Shown one piece after another: positions 58,801-64,000 of a stretch of 64,000 bases of DNA. The translations under genes were made by a program, and so were the position numbers. Positions within the stretch are counted from its first letter, which is position 1, and each line of letters opens with the position of its first letter. Under the pieces are notes generated by a model. It was not told the origin of the DNA and searched no databases. It saw only the letters and a list, made by a program, of their open reading frames with translations. This DNA comes from Zootoca vivipara. Its lineage: Eukaryota. The stretch covers positions 82,026,001 to 82,090,000 of the forward strand of contig NC_083283.1 of NCBI RefSeq assembly GCF_963506605.1. Reading direction: 5' to 3'.

Positions 58801-61057
58801 AGAGTAGTGGATTGATAGATTTTACATTTTTAAATTTTACTGTTGTAAAGCTACCTAGTATTTGCTGCCATGGCAGCAAAGCTGCAGTACAAGCACCTTT
58901 TTTAAAAAAAATTATTAAAACACACACATAACAAATATGGTACATTAAATCTGATTTCTCTTCAGATTGCGTACATGCACTCTTCAGGGGTACCTTGTCC
59001 ATAGTTCTTCACTCTTGAAGGACCCTACATCCCTTAGCCCAGGGGTAGGCAACCTAAGGCCCGTGGGCCCGATGCGGCCCAATTGCCTTCTCAATCCGGC
59101 CCATGGACAGTCTGGGAATTGGCATGTTTTTACATGAGTAGAATATGTGTTTTTATTTAAAATGCATCTCTGGGTTATTTGTGGCGCCTTCTTGGTGTTT
59201 TTACATGAGTAGAATGTGTGCTTTTATTTAAAATGCATCTGTGGGTAATTTGTGGTGCATAGGAATTTGTTCATTTTTTCCCTCCAAAATATAGTCTGAC
59301 CCACCACATGGTCTGAGGGATGGTGGACCAGCCCACGGCTGAAAAAGGTTGCTGACCCCTGCCTTAGCCCCATCATCAGATGAAAGGACTATCAGGAGAG
59401 GGGCTCCAGAGAGCTTTGGCACATCTAAATTGCCACCTTTGTTGAAGTAATGAAACAGGAGGAGAAGGAGCTGCCTCTGCCTCAGGCAGCTGAGTAGCTT
59501 CCACAAGCCTGACATCAGCACAAGTCCCCACTCTTCACCTGGGCCCTGGGATGGGCTCTCTCTTATGTTGTGCTGATTTTAGAAGCACTTGTGTCAGCAA
59601 TGAGTAACTTCGCTGGTGAATTTATGCAACTGGAAGCAGCCTCATCTCACTGGGAGCTGGAGAAGAGGGGTGGACTTGTCCAACAGGGAGCCTCTTGGTG
59701 AGCGTGGTGTCGGACAAGCCCTCAGCCCCCTCCCTCAGGGAGGAGGGTCTGTCATAAGCACAAACATTTTGACTGGCTGATTCATAACTGTGTTTTCTTT
59801 TTACGCTTGGGCACGCAGAGGGAAATTATGTGTAATTGAATGGAAGACATCAGGGAAAGTGAAACCATTTCTTCGGAATACGTTTGACAATCCACTCCAG
59901 GTTGCAGCATACATAGGAGCCATTAACCATGATGCCAATTACAACTTTCAGGTCAGTAATCTGGGCAGCTGCTGAGTAGCATGACAATTCAAATAAGTTT
60001 TTGCACTTGCAGCCTCTTATTTCCACATGCTCATTCAGGAGGTGAATCTATTATTCCAGAAAAATAAGTAAAAAAATTCATTCCAGTAGCACCTTAGAGA
60101 CCAACTTAGTTTGCCATTGGTAGTTGGTCTCTAAAGTGCTACTGGAAGGAATTTTTTAATTTTGTTTCGACTACACCAACACCAGACCAACATGGCTACC
60201 TACCTGTAGCAGAAAAATAAGGACAGTGAAGGGTGGGAAGGGGAAAAAGGTGTTGTTGCTATACCTTGGGTGAGCTGGGACAAAGTAGTTTGTTTGCTTA
60301 GTTTCTGTGATGGGCATGGGGGGAAAGAGGCCTCTTCCTGCTCTTCTCCAGAAGGAAGCCAGGTAAGTTGCCTGAGTAAGGACTGAGCTAGAAGAAAAAG
60401 CTTCCTCCACCCACAGAGAGCTCTACCACTCACTTGCCCAATCCACACTGTAGTGTTAGCTCTACGTGCATGTCTAGCAAATTCATTCTGTAGAGCAGGG
60501 GTCAGCAAACTTTTTCAGCAGGGGGCCGGTCCACTGTCCCTCAGACCTTGTGGGGGGCCGGACTATATTTTGAAAAAATATATGAATGAATTCTTATGCC
60601 CCACAAATAACCCAGAGATGCATTTTAAATATAAGGACACATTCTACTCATGTAAAAACACCAGGCAGGCCCCACAAATAACCCAGAGATGCATTTCAAA
60701 TAAAAGGACACATTCTACTCATGTAAAAACATGCTGATTCCCGGACCGTCTGCGGGCCGGATTTAGAAGGCGATTGGGCCACATCCGGCCCCCGGGCCTT
60801 AGTTTGGGAACCCCTGCTGTAGAGAGTCAAAGACTAAGTCTAGAACAAAAAAGTCACTTTGCTGAGCATTTCGCTTGCATAACTTCTGCTGAACTTGCTT
60901 TGTCCCTCAGGTTGACTGCGGCCTCCTTGTGGTCGCCTACAAAGATGGTTCTCCTGCACATGCACATTACATAGACTCTGAGCTATGCTGTCAGTACTGG
61001 AACAAGTGGCTGCTTCGCCTCGAAGAATATAAAGAGAAAGACTTTGGAATTGTGTGA
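55369..61057 (+). CDS. MGME1: Mitochondrial genome maintenance exonuclease 1 (PD-(D/E)xK nuclease), complete, 341 aa; exons 55369-55894, 56928-57147, 59819-59951, 60911-61057
   Basis: Motifs [95 protein letters not shown]; GT-AG and phase-consistent. Confidence 0.96.
56928..57147 (+). CDS. MGME1: MGME1 coding exon 2
   Basis: ttgcag acceptor, [14 protein letters not shown]...VAEY, CG|GTGAG donor, 220 nt. Confidence 0.95.
58220..58544 (+). mobile_element. Sauria SINE, slightly 5'-truncated
   Basis: Nearly the reverse complement of 355-680. Confidence 0.9.
59040..59361 (-). mobile_element. hAT (Charlie-like) MITE, TSD CCTTAGCC
   Basis: CAGGGG...CCCCTG TIR, perfect 8-bp TSD. Confidence 0.9.
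59819..59951 (+). CDS. MGME1: MGME1 coding exon 3 (catalytic E-W-K motif)
   Basis: 133 nt, cgcag / GTCAGT. Confidence 0.95.
60496..60816 (+). mobile_element. hAT (Charlie-like) MITE, TSD CTGTAGAG, inverted relative to the 59040 copy
   Basis: CAGGGG...CCCCTG TIR, perfect 8-bp TSD, shared internal sequence. Confidence 0.9.
60911..61057 (+). CDS. MGME1: MGME1 last coding exon ([48 protein letters not shown])
   Basis: cctcag acceptor, TGA 61055-61057. Confidence 0.95.
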   Translation, partial: VDCGLLVVAYKDGSPAHAHYIDSELCCQYWNKWLLRLEEYKEKDFGIV

Positions 61058-62134
61058 CCCTTTTTAAATTTAAGTCCCTTTAAGGCAGACTTTTTTACTT
61101 TGAAGCAAATGAAGGAACTAAATGCTACCAGTGAGTGGTAGTGGGTGGTATTAAGCTAAGAGTTACTCATTCTGGCAGCCGTGGTTGCATACAGAATTTC
61201 CCTTCTGGTTAATTCTGCTTAGCTGAGGTACAATTGGCTGCCTGGGCCTCTGATGGAGGGAGCACAGCTGTGCCTTCTCCCTCTGACCAGCCATCGTCAT
61301 CCCACCCCCAGTCCCCTGGGGGTTCCCTTGGGGGTTCCCCAGCTGGTGCCTCCCACCACTCCTTTGCATCCATGACAGGTGATTAACAACTCCATCATGG
61401 TGAAGAGATCTTATGCTGGGTCTACTGTAAAAAAAAGGCAGGGTGTAATTATTCTTGACACCAAAATCAGTCATCCCTGGGGTCAGGACTGCTCCTGCTA
61501 TAGAGGGATTCCACTGTAATTTCCACTGCAGGAAAGGTTTATGATGTGAATCATATTCCAAGTAGCAGATTAAATTTGAAATTGCACAAACCAGCCTTGC
61601 TCCAAACTGTTGAGGTGCTATTTTGAGGTGACTTGACTACAAACAATATATTCTAGGAAGACATTGCCTGAATGAAAAATGGTTTGCATAGACGGATTAC
61701 ATTGTGTTCCCAGGACATAGCTCTGATTCAATAGCTGTGTGGAAATCCACACTTAAATCTATTGCTAATTTGGGTGCCATTCCAAAGCTAGCCAAGAGCC
61801 ATCTGAGGTCCTGCCCTACCAGCAGAGAGGGAAGTCTGATGCAGGGAGGGGACTTACGCCACCCCATCCTACCCCAGTAAGCCTGCAGAAAGGTCCACTG
61901 CTGGTGTGGGAGCTGGGCATTGGACGTACACTACCATGACTGAGGATCCACAGGCACCTAAGCCCTTTTGTTCCCTGACATGCCCCCCGAAGCACCTCTC
62001 TGACACCAGCCCTTGAGCTAGCATAACTCCGTTCTCTTCCCGCTAAGCACAATGGGAGCTGGGTGGGCACCACAGAGGGAGCGCCACCACAGGCTTGGAC
62101 ACAAAACAGGCTTTTGAATATAGTCATAAATAAC

Positions 62135-62140
62135 TTTATT
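62135..62140 (-). terminator. OVOL2: Candidate OVOL2 polyadenylation signal AATAAA (another at 62221-62226)
   Basis: tttatt on plus, about 0.7 kb past the OVOL2 stop. Confidence 0.6.
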
Positions 62141-62829
62141 GGAATATTTCATAGCAGACTTTGCTTTCTTTGGGGGGAGGGGAATACAAATGATGGTTAT
62201 TGTGTTATTGGCAAAGATATTTTATTTGAATTCTAGGCCAGTTACCTGTATTCAAATTAAATACAGTTATTTTGGTCAAATACATTATAGCCGTAGGTAA
62301 CTGTTTCTTTATCAAAGGCACGTATTAGAGGTTTGTACAAAGGCTGAGAGAGAACCAAGCACAATTCAGTTTATGCTATGTACTGTACTATGTTCGCCCC
62401 ATACTGGGGAGATTTTATTCACGTTCAGAAATTAAGTACCTAGACAGTTTGATCAGACCAGATTGAGTGCTGTCGTCCTTTTGAATTCAGTTCAATGCAG
62501 CTCAGTAGGTAAATCCTGCAAGGTTACGAGCAGAGTTTAGTGACATCAGATGTAGGCTGAAGGCAGCACCTGACAGGTCAAAGGTAGAATTTGATCTAAT
62601 GGGCCTGTGTGTACCAACAGTGAGAATAGTTAAAAAACTCTTAAGCCAAACAGACGCTAGCTTGCCTGCCTGCCTGCCTACCTAAGAGATTTCAGTCTTC
62701 CCTTCCCCTAGAGATTTCAACAGGGCCACTAAAACCCTGAAACGTTTTGTCAGATCATGACACTTGGCAACCCGACTTCAGACAATTGTAAACTTCCAAC
62801 TCATTTGGCCACTACAATGCAGTGCAGTA

Positions 62830-63140
62830 TTACTGTTGCTCCTCCGTCTCTTCTGGGCTCATCTCCATTGGAGAGATCGGTTTGTTTTGCAAAACAGCTG
62901 CAAGTTTTTTGGATGTTTTCTTCAGAAGAGCACTTCCAGGATGAATATTACTGATGTGCATGTACAAGTCCTCTTGGGTTGGGCCTGTGTAGCCACAATC
63001 TTCACAGACATACAGTTTATCTCTTCGTTGTTTGTAAGCATATTGTTGCTGCACTCCGTGGATCTTTTTAAGGTGTGATTCCAGGGAACAACGCTGGGTA
63101 AAGGCTTTGTTGCAGATCTCACATTTGTATGGGCGGATTC
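62830..63140 (-). CDS. OVOL2: Ovo-like zinc finger 2, last coding exon (C2H2 fingers 3-4); upstream exons lie beyond the window end
   Basis: GIRPYKCEICNKAFTQRCSLESHLKKIHGVQQQYAYKQRRDKLYVCEDCGYTGPTQEDLYMH; acceptor ttgcag; syntenic next to MGME1. Confidence 0.95.
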
Positions 63141-64000
63141 CTGCAATGTAATTTTTAGGAACTTTAAGGAACATTCTAAAAATAATTCCCAGCATTCACT
63201 ACATACATTTACAGATTTGATCATTGCAAACTGTAGCTGATTATGTTTCTTGTTGCTATGTGTATGTTGTAATTCTTTGGGGGCAAGGGCTGAACGTGGT
63301 ACAGGCCACAAAAATAATATTTCTGCAGAACTCAGAAATTTGCTTCTGTCCTTTATAGCTGAAAATATATGTTTGAAAATACTTTTAAGGGAGAAACTGG
63401 GTAATATTTATAATAGTTGCACCAGGCTTCAGTGTCTTGCATAGCTTCTCCCCCCCCCCCCCCAAGCTGTCAAAACTAGAGGGGAAATCTAGAAATTGAT
63501 TTAAAAATGCATAATTATATAAAATTGGAAAAAATATGAATGTTTGGGGGAAATGTGTGCTGGAGAGCTCAAGATTAACTGCAGTATTTGCATTAGCTGA
63601 ACGCTGCTTTTTAATTTGAAATGCACACAAAACAGAGAATACACACAGTAGTGTTAGTATTTGCTGCTCCTTTCCAGAGGAATACAGTAGGCTTGCAACT
63701 TGCGCTAGGGTTATGTTCTGGGGGATTGCTCGTAAAGCCAAAATTGTGTATAGTCAGAACAACCCCGGAAACCGCCCCAGTGCGACCACCCCAACTTCCC
63801 TGAAGGCAGCAAGCCTTGCTTTCCACCTTGCTTACCAGGCTCTGGAGGGTCTTAGAACTCATGTGAAACCTTCCCAGAACCCAGAAGAGCTTTTCAGCAC
63901 TCTGCCTTGTGTGTGTCTAATTGGTGCAATTTCAGCCACCTATCCACCAGGCACATAAAGAAAGCTGTGATTGCACAGCTTAAAAGTGTGCAAGTTGCCT

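Overview
Vertebrate genomic DNA, most likely a squamate (probably lacertid lizard, judged from abundant Sauria SINEs and squamate-type MITEs). The window is the conserved RRBP1-BANF2-SNX5-MGME1-OVOL2 block (human 20p11-12 synteny). Spliced gene models were traced by hand with GT-AG boundaries and consistent phases: RRBP1 (minus, first 7 coding exons, continues off the left edge), BANF2 (minus, complete, 90 aa), SNX5 (minus, complete, 13 coding exons, 409 aa), MGME1 (plus, complete, 4 coding exons, 341 aa, divergent from SNX5 across a CpG island) and the last coding exon of OVOL2 (minus). Introns are dense with mobile DNA, many copies with intact target-site duplications (TSDs): hAT and Tc1/mariner MITEs, two solo LTRs of one family, two non-autonomous Helitrons, Sauria SINEs, and L1, L2, CR1 and RTE fragments. 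There is one 143-N gap. No wholly new protein-coding system is evident, and most long ORFs in the track are CpG-island or repeat artefacts. The most interesting signals are a sense solo LTR with octamer/CCAAT/TATA just upstream of BANF2, a MITE whose TSD encloses about 355 bp of foreign DNA, Helitrons with strongly T-depleted cargo (one with two 5' ends), a template-scrambled SINE in the SNX5/MGME1 promoter, and an inverted MITE pair bracketing the MGME1 catalytic exon.
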